Positions 38,239-51,076 of a stretch of 64,000 nucleotides of DNA are shown piece by piece (the stretch's first letter is position 1; each line of letters starts with the position of its first letter). Made by a program: the position numbers and the translations under genes. The notes beneath the pieces were generated by a model that saw only the letters and a list, made by a program, of their open reading frames with translations, did no database searches and had not been told where the DNA came from. Source of the DNA: Octopus sinensis (lineage: Eukaryota); NCBI RefSeq assembly GCF_006345805.1, contig NW_021829832.1, positions 620,001 through 684,000 of the forward strand. Reading direction: 5' to 3'.

Positions 38239-39132
38239 TAGGGCAACCAATTGCAATTTTTTGCAATTAAATATAATTTAATTAAAATTCGATAAATAAT
38301 AAAGTAATGAATAGACATTAATTTTAATTATATTTTTATTCGATTTAAATTTGCAATTTTTTGCAATTTTTTGTAGTCATTTTACAATTTTTTGCAATTT
38401 TTTTAAATTAAAAAAAAAATTTTTTATTAAAAAATAATATAATTATAAGTAAAAGATTATTAAAACGTGTTTTAGTTGTTTGTTGTAATGGGTAAAAGGA
38501 CAGTGTCACAGAAAATTTCATTTTATGCAAAGAAATTCCCCGAGTTTGTTATTGACAGTGAAGGGAATTTATTTTGCCTCAATTGCTCAACTGTTGTACG
38601 GTGTGACACAAAATTTTTTGTTGATGCGCACCGTTCTTCAAAAAAACATTTAAAAGCACACAGTATTTCTTTGAATTTAAATTTATAGAATGGACAAATT
38701 CATCTCAGAGTTCACAAACATTTCTTTCGGCGATAACGGATACTCGAAAGGATTGGGGGATCAAAGTAACACAAGCGTTTTTGGAGGCAAACATACCAAT
38801 TTATAAAATCAGACATCCTTCCCTCATACGGCTTTTTGAGCAGGAAACATATCCTTTGCCATCTGAATCATCTTGCAGGTTAAATGTTAAAGAAATATCA
38901 AAATATAAAATTAATACCATTCAGACTCATTTACTGTTGTTTTTTTTAAGTTATTCAATAGTGGGGAATGTGTTTTTTTCAATAGTGGGCAATAGTGGAA
39001 AATAATTTCGTTAATTTTTTGCATAATGTAATGTTTACAATTAAAAAAAATTATTTTTGCAATTTTTTACAATTTTTAAAATTCATTTTTGCAATTTTTT
39101 TTATTAAAAAGTGCAATTTTTTGGTTGCCCTA
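38239..39132 (+). mobile_element. Internally deleted hAT-like element with a CGGBP1/BED-type zinc finger
   Basis: 12-bp TIR TAGGGCAACCAA, subterminal TGCAATTTTT repeats, GNLFCLNC..HRSSKKH and EANIPIYKIRHP..PSESSCR; the flanking 8-mers differ. Confidence 0.7.
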
Positions 39133-39139
39133 ATGATCA

Positions 39140-40823
39140 TCTATATCTGCATTTACCTGAGAAGCATAAGTTTTAATAATCTCTAGAGCTCTGAAGGCTT
39201 CTGAGAGATCAACTTTTTTCTCATTTGATTCCTCTTCAATAATTGTTTCCTAAGTATAATTATTAAATAAAATCACTAACTGATTGAACTTTTTTTGACT
39301 GTAATGTACCAGCTTGTTCAGATTTGTCTAAAAATTTGATTAGCTCTTCATTTTCAGTATATCCGTAATCAACAAATTCACTATAAGATATTGGATCGTC
39401 AATTTGAAATTTCTTAATTATTTCTTCATAATTATTTTCGTAGTTCTTAGATTCACTGTTGATTGTGATTGTTTCACATTTTATCCATTGTGCATGACGG
39501 AAACAATTTTTGATGGTCGTAGGAGTAACTTTATTCCAAGCGAAGAATGTTAATGTCGCAGCAGTTTTAAGGGTGGTTCCATTAATTGCATTTTGACAAT
39601 TTTCCCCTGCCTCGACCTTTTCGATTATATCATTTATTTTCAAATTGGTAAATTCGGCTTTAAAGCATTTTATAATTCCTTGATCCATTGGTTGCAAGAG
39701 CGAGGATGTTCTAGAAGGCAAAAAAAGAATTTCAATTGAGTTTAACGTGACAATAATTTGATGAGATGGACATTGATCTATTACAAGTAGAATTTTTCTT
39801 TTTTTCTTTGCAAGTTCACAATCAAAATCACTGAGCCACTTGTTAAAAATTTCACGGTTCATCCATGCCTTATTGGAATGGGTGTAGGTAACATATTTTC
39901 CAATGTTGAAATTTTTAAAACACCTTGGACTTTTGAATCTTCCTATCATCACAGGCCTTCTTTTATCGGAACCAGAACAATTTGCGCATAATAGTAACAA
40001 AAATCGATCCTTCGACAACTTTATTCCAGGCCGTGATTTGGTGCACACACTTTTGGAAGGAATCGCCTTGTAAAAAACACCAGTTTCATCTGCATTATAA
40101 ACATTGTCCAATCCATATTGTTCAATTTTTAAACTCATTGTTTCATTAAAATCAGTAATAGATTTTTCATCATGATTTACTGATCCACTGTCTCCGTGAA
40201 ATTTTTTTAACTTGATACCATTTCGTAATTTAAACTTTTCTAGCCACCCACGACTTGCTTTAAATTCTGGAAAATTTTTTCCAAACTTTAGAGCTTTTGC
40301 AATTAACATCGAATCTGATAGAATTGCTCCACTAGATTCCATTAAGTTAATCCATGTTATCATCGCTACATCAATTTCATTAATTTGAGTTTTAGAATTC
40401 TCGTTAGGTTTAATTTTTTGATGTCAGTCCTATTCAAAAGGTCCGATTTTGATTTAAGGTCGTTTATAGTTCTCGGAGAAATTTTCTTTTTTAACCGTGA
40501 AGAAAAAATCCTGGAAATTTGAGGTGCAGAAACGAATGGGTTGTCAGAAATATAACGTAGTATAGAAATTTTTTCGTTGATAGAAAGTCTAACACAGCGA
40601 CGCATCACAAAAATACAATTTAACGTGTAATGAGAATTTTAAAATGTTAATTAATTTAACTTACAATTAGATAAAAAAATTATTTTTCATAATACTTGAG
40701 GAGCGGATTCGAAAAACAAGCGGATTCAAAAATCATTCATAGGAAATTTCAAATTTTTGATTAAAACAAGCGGATTCGAGAAGCGGCGGATTCGAGAAGC
40801 AGCGGATTCGAGAGGTTTCACTG
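39140..40823 (-). mobile_element. pogo/Tigger transposon, near-intact transposase, one TIR missing
   Basis: ORFs 40366-40608 and 39263-40363 are joined by one frameshift; NADETG / IDQCPSH / PMDQG (DD30D). TIR CAGTGAAACCTCTCG + TA at 40823-40825 and repeated GCGGATTCGA subterminal motifs. Confidence 0.9.
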
Positions 40824-42199
40824 TAATTTGTATATGTAACAAAGATTATTTGTGTTTTTATTTTATTTTTTTTAATAAAAATAAAGAAATAGAAGAAAAG
40901 CGTTAAGTGCCAGCGACAAGAACGCAGTGTGCGTTTCCGCGAATTTCCGCGAACAATGGCCAGACCGATGCGCTGGCGGAACCAGAGGCCCTCTCTCGGG
41001 TCCTTGTGCTTCCTCCCAATGGACTGCCCGACCTCGTTGAGGAATAATTGTTTAGTTAAGTTAAATTTTCAAGTTAATTTTTTAGTTTGTAAGTTAATAA
41101 AGTCACTAACCAGGGTTCTGCCAGTGCTCAGGCTGAGGAGGCTAAGAGGTCGAAGTATGGAAATATTTCGGACTCTTACGAGTTTGTCCCCTTCGCCTTC
41201 GAAACATCTGGAATTATCGGCAGGTCTGCGACTCGCCTTCTTGCCGACATTGCCAGGAGAATTGCCAGGAAGACCAACGACCGGAGGGAGACGAGCTGGC
41301 TCTTCCAGCGAATCTCGGTCGCGGTGCTCCGCGGAAACTGCCACTTGATACGCAGTGCGGCGACTCTGAGCTGACCTCCAGGCTCTTTTTAATTCGTGTT
41401 AACTTATTCCCTGTATCATACCTTTATCAAAGAAAAAAAAAGTTAATAAAGTTATTTTTTGGTTAAATTTTTTATTTTTAGCTTGAATAATTGATTTGAA
41501 GTTTGAAAAATGAACTTCCATGCAAATTGAATTTTTTGGTGTTAAAAAAGAGCCGTTTCCTTTTTATGCCCCATGCAACCACTGAGGGCAAGTCATGCAT
41601 ACATAATTATACTAAGTCCTTTGATATCGTTTAAAAACAGTAAATTAATAGAATTTTGATGCGAAATAAGAATTATATCCATTACTCAGTTAATTCCATT
41701 TCACCCAACATATCTGTGAAACGGCAATGTCACATCGTGGATATTTAAAGTCAAGGTATTGAAATCGTCTTAAAGTAGACGATGATAACGCCGAAAATTG
41801 ATATTTTAATCTCTAAAATGCAAGTACAAAAGTCCCATTAGGCAGTTTATTTACATTATAAATTTTTATTAATAAGATTTGATTTGCCAGCTGCAGAAAG
41901 AAAACTTTCAAGAAAGAACAAGTAAGTTAATTATTTTAATTAATCCAAAATTATTGAGTCCTTGTCTTTTAAGTTTTCTTTTTAGTTGTGGTGCGGCGGT
42001 AACAACGGTAGGGCGCTCGTGACGTCCCATCCAAAAGTCCATTCATGTTTGGAATCCGTATCTGATGAGATGTCATGACGGCGTCAATTGTCATAAAATT
42101 CACTCAGACCCAATCGGAGCTTCCTGCACAGGCAGCAGCTGGGAATCGAACCCTTGACCAAGGAGATTATTAGCAAATTAGACCACTTTTACTTATTAA
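40824..42199 (+). repeat. Local segmental duplication, copy 2
   Basis: Matches 36524-38238; has a 10-bp tandem duplication TTTCCGCGAA and lacks 37279-37628. Confidence 0.95.
41102..41395 (+). mobile_element. CRE-like 3' tail (in duplication copy 2)
   Basis: Copy of 36794-37080. Confidence 0.8.
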
Positions 42200-42959
42200 G
42201 AACAAGAATGTTTTTTTTAATTTTTACAAAGTCAAAAATAAATTTTTGACAGCAATAAAATATGAATAAATATGAAATTGCCATATAAAAAAACATTGTA
42301 ATTGACATTTCAAAATATCTTATCGCATGATGTCTAATTTTTTCACTTTTAACTTTGAGATTCGCTTATTTACAATTATCTGTCACCCCCGATGAAATCC
42401 AACTTGGATTTCTAGCAGAATATAATTAAAAATTTGTTTGTATTTCACATGAAATATCAAGAGAAACAGATAGTTTGTCTTTTTATTAACTTTTGCTGTA
42501 TCTTATAAATTTTTCAATGAGTCTCCCAAAGTTTATAACACAATATATTTAATTTCAATTTATTCAAATTATTATTATTTTGTGTAAAATTAAATTAAAA
42601 ATATTGAAACATCCATTTTGCATTGAACCCGGGAGTGGTGAAGAAAGATTAATTATCTCTTCTACTATTTGTTATGGTATCAAGATCCTTAACTCAGTGT
42701 TTCAAAAATTCAAATACTCAAGAGAACACAAAAATAAAGCAAACAAAGGAAGTGGCAGCTTAAATGGAATTCCTGCATATTATAATATTGCATATAAAAA
42801 TAATGAGAAATACATCGATACTTAAAAGTTGAAAATGAGAATGAAGATGATATTCATGATGATAAACATTTAAGATAACAAAGATATTAATTATCAGCAA
42901 AACTATTTAATGCATGTGAAATGATAACGAATCTGGAGTAAAAGAAGACGAGGAAAGCG

Positions 42960-44314
42960 GAATAGATGAGCAGTTGAGTGTTCGTCAGCATACCAAATGT
43001 TACTGAATAAAGAGATCTATATGTCCATTTTGTGTGCATAGTGGTTTAGTGAGTGGTGATGGCCAGATCGGAAACGAGAAAAGTTTATCTGAGCGGAACG
43101 GCCAGGATGCATTTCTGAAGGGTGAACATCCGGTGGGAGTTTATTGAGGACCGTGTTAGATGTCAGCTTGAGAATTCCTGGAGATGAGATGAAATCTTGA
43201 ATTCTTTTTATTGGATGTGAAAATCGGTGCAGGCCATTAATTTTAGCAGAATTGTCAGTGTATTCTTCAGTGAACAACCATTTCCTTTTAGCACACTTAG
43301 AGCAGAAAAAGGATGATTGGAATTTCGCGATGCAAATAGGAATTGTGCTCCTCTCATATTTAGATGTTCTCCAACCGGCAAAAGGTTTGTTTTACAGTGG
43401 AGGCGATCAATTGGGGTTGATTTCAGACACCCACATATAGTGCGCATGACTTTGTTTTCTATTGATTGAAGTTCCATTATCGAGCTTGTAGATAGGTGGG
43501 CCGGCCAACTTGGACTCGCGTAACTTAATACGGGTCGTATTTATTGTTTGTAAACTCGTTTGAGGAGTGGCTTTTGGGCACCTGTAATGTGACCACTTAT
43601 TGCTTTTAGTATGTTTGTGCGTCTCTTTGCCTTGTCAGAAATGCTAGAGAAATTTTGTCCTGGACGGCTTCAATGAGAAGAGACCACCATAGTAGGGTTT
43701 TTGCATACTGGAAGGTCAGAACCAAAAGGGATAACTTCGGGTGAAGGTTTGATTGTCTTCTGTCAGAAAAAAATAAGGTGACCGATGATTTCGAGAGCGA
43801 AGCCTCGAGTCTGTTCTCAATGAATCAATTCTCAACGGAGTATAGTTTTTGCTGGATGTTGAAAGAGGCTGATATGTAGTCTGCGTACTTAGAAGCAATA
43901 AAAATGTCATCTGCATAAGATAATGTCAAGTTGTTTGGGTCGTTAGCCGGAAAGTCATGTAAATATAAGTTAAACAGGGATGGAGACAACACAGAACCCT
44001 GCGGTACCCCATTTGGAAGATAGCGTTGTTTTGAACAGTGTCCATAAGGGAGACGTATCCCATTCGACCAGATAAGAAGTTTGCAAACCAGGATTTGAAG
44101 TTTCAGTTTAGGTCTATCTTTAGAATTTTGTTGATAAGGTATCGCCTTTGAGATATCGATCAAAGCTAGTACTGTTCGTTTTGGTGGTCTCTTCTCATTG
44201 AAGCCGTCCAGGACAAATTGTGGAAGTGTTGTTAAGTGGGTAGTTGTTGAGTGTAGTGATTTAAAACCATGTTGGGTATGGGAAGTTGGCAAATGTTTGG
44301 ATATTCGAGCAAGG
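42960..44314 (-). mobile_element. 5'-truncated I-group-like LINE
   Basis: QHGFKSLHSTTT, LIDISKA, GVPQGSVLSPSLFNLY, YADD, IENKVMRTICGC, FSRFRSGHH. Confidence 0.78.
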
Positions 44315-45568
44315 TCGAAAGAAGACTTTTAGGAACACCGTCGTCGCATTGACGATAACGTGAATTGACCCCAGATAGAAAACTATCCTCTTTCGGATTC
44401 GAATCCACGACTGTCCAGATCCATTATCCATAGCTAAAGCTTACTTTGAACCCAGGAGTGTTCCAGGGTGATTCATTATCTCCTTTACTACTTGTTATGG
44501 TATCCCCTAAGCAGGCGCCTTAACTCGGTGTTTCTTAAAATCAAAATTAACTAAGAAGATCCTTGGAGATGAATTCTGAAAAATTAGCATCTAATGTTAA
44601 TCATGCTGTGAGAATTTGAAAGGAATCAACAGATATTACTATCTGGGTGTATTTGGAAATGGCGGAAATAATTTTCTTAATAAATAAGCTTAGATAAAAT
44701 TAGGAAGAGGATGACTATCGAAAACAAAACTAAATTTAGTAAATTTATTTTACGCCATAAATGAATATGCATTTAAGAATACTCGACTTTTCCGATCGGT
44801 TTGTGAATATGACATGTGTACAAATAAATTTTGTTTGTTTAATTTAAAACATTGTTACTGCCTTTAATTGCTTTTGTATTTTATAATGCCAGGAAAGCGA
44901 CGAGCATGAGAATTTTGTGGAATATTTTGTGGCCGCGGCTCAAAAGCGCTGCTCCAGAAGAATCAAATGGCGATTGCCACATACACTGCAAGTCATCATT
45001 CAGAAGAAGAATGAGACCACGCATGATGAAATGGGAAATGAGCTTAGTCACTTGATATCTCTGTATCGAAGCCAACATTATCTACAGTTGTAAAAGTCTT
45101 GGGATTCTTATTTTTTCCAATATTTATCCAAAATGAAACTGCAAAACTGAACAGCCTTGTAACTAATTATCAACAATAATAACCCATCGTAAAGAAAATG
45201 ATTTCAAAAAAACACTCGAAAGAAGACTTTTAGGAATACCGTCGCCGCATTGAGAAACTTTCGATCGCTATAGTGAGAGGTGATGTGGACTGACTTTAGG
45301 CTATCACTAATTAGTTTTTTAATTGTTAAATAAAACTAAAGAATCTCGGTGCCATTCTCGAAACTAGCAATACTAAGTATTTTATACAGTAGAACTTGTC
45401 TAAACCGGCCTCCAAATATACCAGATTGATTTTTTACCGCCCGTTTTCACCGGTCCCAATTCTTTACTTAAAACCTTCTGGAGTAGCATCTTACTAAATA
45501 AAATCTGATTTAAAGACCATTGATAAGATGATTTTCAGAAATCTCAAAATCTCGATAAACCGGACATA

Positions 45569-46961
45569 CAGTGCTCGTCAAAAAAAATTGCTCAGCCATT
45601 TTTTCATGCTTTTATTGACAAATTAATAAAAAATTTAATCTCACGCTTCATTTTTTATTCTAATTCTTAAGTATACTAATTTATTAATGCGATTTTATTT
45701 CAATATAAGGAATTTAAAGCATAAAAATTTAAATCTCGTGACAAAAAACATTGCTCACTTTTCTTGTTATTGCATATGCCACGTTCTCCCAAGAAACAGT
45801 TAACTGAATTTAAAAAAGGGATGATTATTGCGTACTTTAAAGAGGGTAAATCAATCAGAGAAATCTCAAAAATACTTAATTTGCCGTATTCCACAATTTC
45901 ATTTAATATTCGAGAATTTGGAACACTGCATCGGAGACCGGGCTCAGGACGTCTTCCGAAACTAAGTTCCCCCCAAATACAATTTTTATGTAATGAAACC
46001 GAATCACATCCTACATTTTTGGCAGTGGATTTGTCCAACAAAACTAAAGAAACTTTCAATATTGATGTTTCCCCTAGGACAATTCTGAGAACTTTGAATA
46101 AAAATGGGGTATATTGTCGTGTAGCAAAAAGAAAGCCATTGCTTTCTCAAAAAATATTATTTCGAGATGGTCTGCGTCACTACGATTTTTATAGATATCT
46201 GATAGTACATGGAAATCGGTGATATTCTCAGATTAGTCAATGTTCGATGTTTTTAACAACAGAAAACATCAGCTTGTTTACAGAAAAAATAAAACGGAGT
46301 TAAAAAATGCACATTTGCTGCCGACTGTTAAGTTCAAAGTAGGGAGAGTTATGATTTGGGGCTGTATATCGTATAGTGGTGTGGGCAATTTGGTTTTTAT
46401 CAAAGAAACTATGAACTCTGGATATTGTATAAATTTACTGTCTAATAATCTGGACCAATCAGCTGAAAAAATGGGCTTATCCTCGTTTATTTTTCAACAG
46501 GATAATGCTTCATGCCATACATCTCGTATGGTTAAGGCATATTTCGAAACCAAAAAATATATTATTCTTGATTGGCCATCGCAATCGCCGGATCTTAACC
46601 CAATAGAGCATGTATGGTGCTTTATGAAAAGAGAATTAGCTAAAAATCCCCCGAAAAGTAAAGAGGATCTAAAGACAAATATTATGAAAATTTGGCAGTC
46701 AATTCCTAAAAGTTTATTACAAAACTTAGTAAATTCAATGAGAAAAAGGAGTTATTCTTTATATTTAGCAAGGGGAGGACATATTAATTACTGATAATGA
46801 GATTTCCAAATTTGTGCTAATGTTTTTTGTCTTGCAATTTTTTGTTTAAGTTTGTAAATAAAAAAGAAAAATTTTATTATAAAAATTAAGGTATAATAAT
46901 AAAATACTACTTAAAGATGTTTACAAAAAAATTGGTGAGCAATTTTTTTTGACGACCACTG
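45569..46961 (+). mobile_element. Full-length Tc1 (DD34E) transposon; transposase disrupted
   Basis: 26-bp TIR CAGTG(C/G)TCGTCAAAAAAAATTGCTCA flanked by TA. Motifs VIFSD*S, FQQDNASCH, SPDLNPIEHVW (34 aa between D and E). One frameshift near 46150 and one TAG. Confidence 0.95.
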
Positions 46962-47024
46962 TATAATTAAAACAATATTATCAATACAAAAATAAGTAAT
47001 TCCAATAATTTTTTTGATAAAAAA

Positions 47025-48407
47025 TTAAATATTCATTTCACCCAAAATAACAAAAAGTGATTTAATTATCGAAAGACCGTCAAAAAATGGAAAGGGAAGA
47101 ACATTTAAAGCTGCCAATCGAAACGATAACGACACAACACACCTACAAACTAACTCAAAACCAAAACTTGATAAAAAATTCAAAATAATAGCAAAAAATA
47201 GACATTGGACTTATGACGTAATCGCTCAATTCAACTAAAAATTAAAACAACAGTTCAGACTGGAAGAAAAGACGTCATAAGGATCACCGATAAACACAAC
47301 AGAACTTTTGGCTATTCTTTTAATCTCGAAAATGTATCCATCGGAAGCATCCAACTCAGGTTTCAGGCATATTTGCTCTGAGGAAGAGCAGTCATTCGAG
47401 CAAATCCGACTTTGCTTAACAACCAAACTTCCACGAAGACAATAAAATTTCTAATTTAATTAATATTATTTAAACTTTAATTTTGTCTTCATTAATTGAA
47501 GAAAAACAAATTTTCCCATCATTTTTTGAACAGTTGCATTTGTCTTGTGGTACCACGTTAACTATTTTGGAAAATAATAAAAATACCAAAAAAATTATCA
47601 ACACAAAACTTTTTATGTCCCTCTGGTCGCAGTTTCAGGCAACCAGAAATGTCAGAAACACTTTTTAAACGACAGTCATCCACCCAAGAGAGGACATCCC
47701 CGACATCAAATTGCGAGAACTGTCCCCCTGAATTAACGACAGTCAGTCCTGTCCCTTTTTCAAGAACATGAGACCACCCAAACCGTCCAAATGTCAACAA
47801 AACAATCCCAAACACTCCCAAAACTGGTCTTAAAATTAATAAAAACTCAAATTATTCCAAATTCCCGCGCTAAAAACTGTCAGTCTTGCAAATCCTCGGG
47901 CAGTCTAAGCCCTCCATTACTCCTCAGAACTACCGACAATCTTCTGGGACACAAGTCAACAAACAGTGCTGGGAATAGGAAAATATGTAGGCAGCCAACT
48001 CCTAAAACAGGGATCTTTAGACTGCCTTTGTGAGTTACAAACACGACCAGAAAGCACACAATGCGTGGCCAAACTCGTGGAAAAGAATAGAAATTATTCC
48101 TGCGCATAAAACAAGTGCCAATTTAAGTGGATGGGCTAATTCAATCAAATTGCTGGGGTGAGAATTGATATGTGTTTTGAAAAATATAATTTTGTAGAGT
48201 GTGTAGAAAGTGGTTAAAATAGAGAAGGCTAATACTACAAATGCCCCAATGTAGTACCACAGTGTTAGCCATCTATTATTATTAAGGAATGGGTAACCTG
48301 ACGTATTTAGATGAGTCAGGAAAGCTAGTATGATCAATTCGTTTGTAGTATAGTATTGATATTAATTTTAGTTGTTGTAGTTTTTGTTGCAAGTTAAGAT
48401 ACCACAT
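47025..48407 (-). CDS. MBTPS2: Site-2 intramembrane zinc metalloprotease (M50); start uncertain
   Basis: HEFGH, FPALFVDL, RLTVFSAGIWNNL, a PDZ-like segment (VGDVLSWVDDC) and LNVLPFPFFDG (NxxPxxxxDG). Confidence 0.85.
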
Positions 48408-48482
48408 TGACAGATTGTTTTTACAAATTATATTTATTGGATAATATTTAAAATTAATAAAGTTATAATTTAGTTTTGTTGT

Positions 48483-49028
48483 ATGAGACGTGTTCCATTT
48501 CAGCGATGGATGTAGTTTCTGTGTTTTACTTTTTATAGACCATTATGGAAAAGACCAATAAAGCTGCCAATCTACGCAAAAGGAGATCCACAAATTAGAG
48601 TCTGCTTCCCCCTTTACTGGATGAAACTGGTTCGTCCAGAGAAAGAAATGCCTCCCAATATTGCAGTTTTTGTTGTTCAAAGCCAGTATTGATACAACCA
48701 CGAGTTGGTAGAATGAGTCGGGACGATGTGTCAAATTATCTTAAAAAAATATACAAATTGGATGTTGTTTCTGTGAATACAGAAATCCGTAGAGAATATC
48801 TTACAAAAGCCAAAAATGATGATATCAGTCAAAGGAAAAAAGCCGACAGGGACTATGAGGATGTGAAATATGCATATGTACAGCTGGTTTATGTCACTGT
48901 GCCACATTCGTTTATAGGAGTCAGATTCTGCTCCTTTTGAGTTTCCTAGTTTACTGGAAGGGGAAGAATCCATCGAAAATGTCATTAAAAACGCCTCTGA
49001 ACAGTCTAACCAGTCTCATTGGTTTTGA
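48483..49028 (+). CDS. MRPL23: Mitochondrial ribosomal protein uL23m
   Basis: LPIYAKGDPQIRVCFPLYWMKLVRP, MSRDDVSNYLKKIYKLDVVSVNT, YAYVQL/..FEFPSL..HWF*. Confidence 0.85.
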
Positions 49029-49226
49029 TATTTTTTGGATGAATAATTAACTACCTAAACAAATATTTTTTCTAAAAAGTTAAGTTAGCACTGTTCTAAG
49101 TGTTTTGACAAAAACGACTTATCCGGTGAATGTTAGCCACTAAAACTTAATACTTTTTAGCTAAAAGAATAAAAGGATGATTATAGTCATGTTATTGTTA
49201 GGGTGATTATAGTCATGTTGTCATCT

Positions 49227-51076
49227 TTATTCAGCGTAGTAGGTATAGTCACCCACTTCCTATGGAGGTTGAATTAAACGAGACTTACAATGTCATCCTC
49301 CAATAATTTGGCTGATAAGTAGTTTTTGGGCTTTCGTAGGACATAGTCATGTAAGAACTCTGTTCCATCATCAGTGGCAGACAAAGCTATTATGAACGTG
49401 GAATTTGCTTTAACGGTTATTTTATTTAGTTTATATTCATAAAAAAATTCGTCGTCCACATTTTCTTTATATGTACAATTCTTCAAGTGTACGTCCTTTC
49501 GAAAGTATTAATTAACCAATACAGTGTTTCCTGAATTTTGTAGTTCAATGTGCCCGTCTACGGGGCATTTTAGTATTCGAATCAAGTTTTGTGAGGTACT
49601 TTTATAATTTACAATATTTATTGAAGTATTCAGACTGGTATTGCCTTAAATACTTAAAACAGAAATTAGAACTGAAATATCTGGAATCACCATATTTTGA
49701 GGGATTTGTTGATATTCGATATCTAGGAAAAATTAAATGTGATTCCCACTTCATTTCCTCTCCGAGCAATTCTCGATAAACACCAATTTCCGTTTTGATG
49801 GAGACATTGCTATCATTTGTGAGCTGCAGTTGAAGTAAAGCATCCTCGAGTGTTCTCCGCATTTCGAATATTTCCATGTCTTTTTCTTTAATCATTTTTT
49901 GCAATTCGCGTTCCAAATTGTGTATTTCCTTTTCAGTATCACGAATTTGATACTTCAAGACGGAATTCTTAAACTTCGAATTAGAAACAATACAGTGTTT
50001 TTTGACTCATCTAGTTCAGATTTCAAATCAGATTCTGAATGTCGTAGTTTCGTAAACTCCTCTGCAATATGGGACATTTCGTTTAAATTCTTCTGCTCTA
50101 AAAATTCGTGTTCTTTAATCTTGAATAAGTCAAAAGATAAACCTTTGAATTATAACATGCTTCCAAATCATTGGTGATGTCTTTCAGTTTGTTGTCAAAT
50201 GAAAGTTGGATGTCTTTGATTGCTAAAGAATATTCGTCCGACCACCACTTCCTCTCTCCGATTCCTCGGTTTTGAATTTTCTCCCGAAGGTTTTGTATTG
50301 CCTATAAAGTGGCTTTTTGCAATTTACAATTTCGTGAATAGCTATCATATATTCCAGTTCTTCTTGCAGAGCTCTGACTTGGTTTTGGAGGTTGATTCGT
50401 TCTATTCCCTCTCGGTTGAGATTCTTAAATATAGAAAAAGTGATACCTCTCTGGTAGATGAATAAATGTTTCTTAATTTAGCTAATTTTGTTTTTATAAG
50501 TTGATTCTCTTCGTCTGTGGAACCGAGTTTCTTGTTTAAGCAACTAATTTCACTTTCGTAAGCCAAAATCTTTTCGGCTTGTGAAACGATTAAGTCATTG
50601 TTCTCTTTAATAGTCTTACCCAACAATTCAAGCCTGAATTCTTCAAATTAAAAATACTTGGCTTTTAGATTTTGCAGAATTCGGTCGTCAAGTTCAGTTT
50701 CACTGCCGATTTTTTCCTGACTCAATTGATATAGTGTCTCCAACTCTTTAATTTCGCATTCGTACATATTCTTGATGTTTGGAGCTTCAAAGTTTATGTA
50801 TTTTTGAAATATTTCCAACTCTTGTATAATCTCATGGTACTCTGCTTCTTGGTATCTCGTTTTCTCGATGAGAGCTGCCAATTTGCAATTCAACGTTTGA
50901 ATTTCGCTTTTCTCTTCAATTTTTTCTTTAAAGTTGGTTAAAACGTCAATTTTTTCCAAATTTCCGGTAGTTCTTATGACATCATGTTGTTTCTGTTTGG
51001 TTGGAACACCAGATTTTAGCAGGCGAGCTCTTGAAGTGCTGCTTCTTGAAGACACTCGAGGAATATACTGATGCAT
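49227..51076 (-). CDS. Cytoplasmic intermediate filament protein with lamin-tail (Ig) domain
   Basis: Coil 1A EKSEIQTLNCKLAALIEKTR, IKNMYECEI, rod end EIGVYRELLGEE, tail GHIELQNSGNTVL/DVHL..ITVKANSTF; no NLS or CaaX seen. Confidence 0.85.

Noticed and set aside
46962-47027. Stop-codon readthrough extending site-2 protease by a hydrophobic helix
   Set aside because: Downstream FFIKKIIGITYFCIDNIVLII is what AT-rich UTR encodes by chance, and it runs into the Tc1 TIR.
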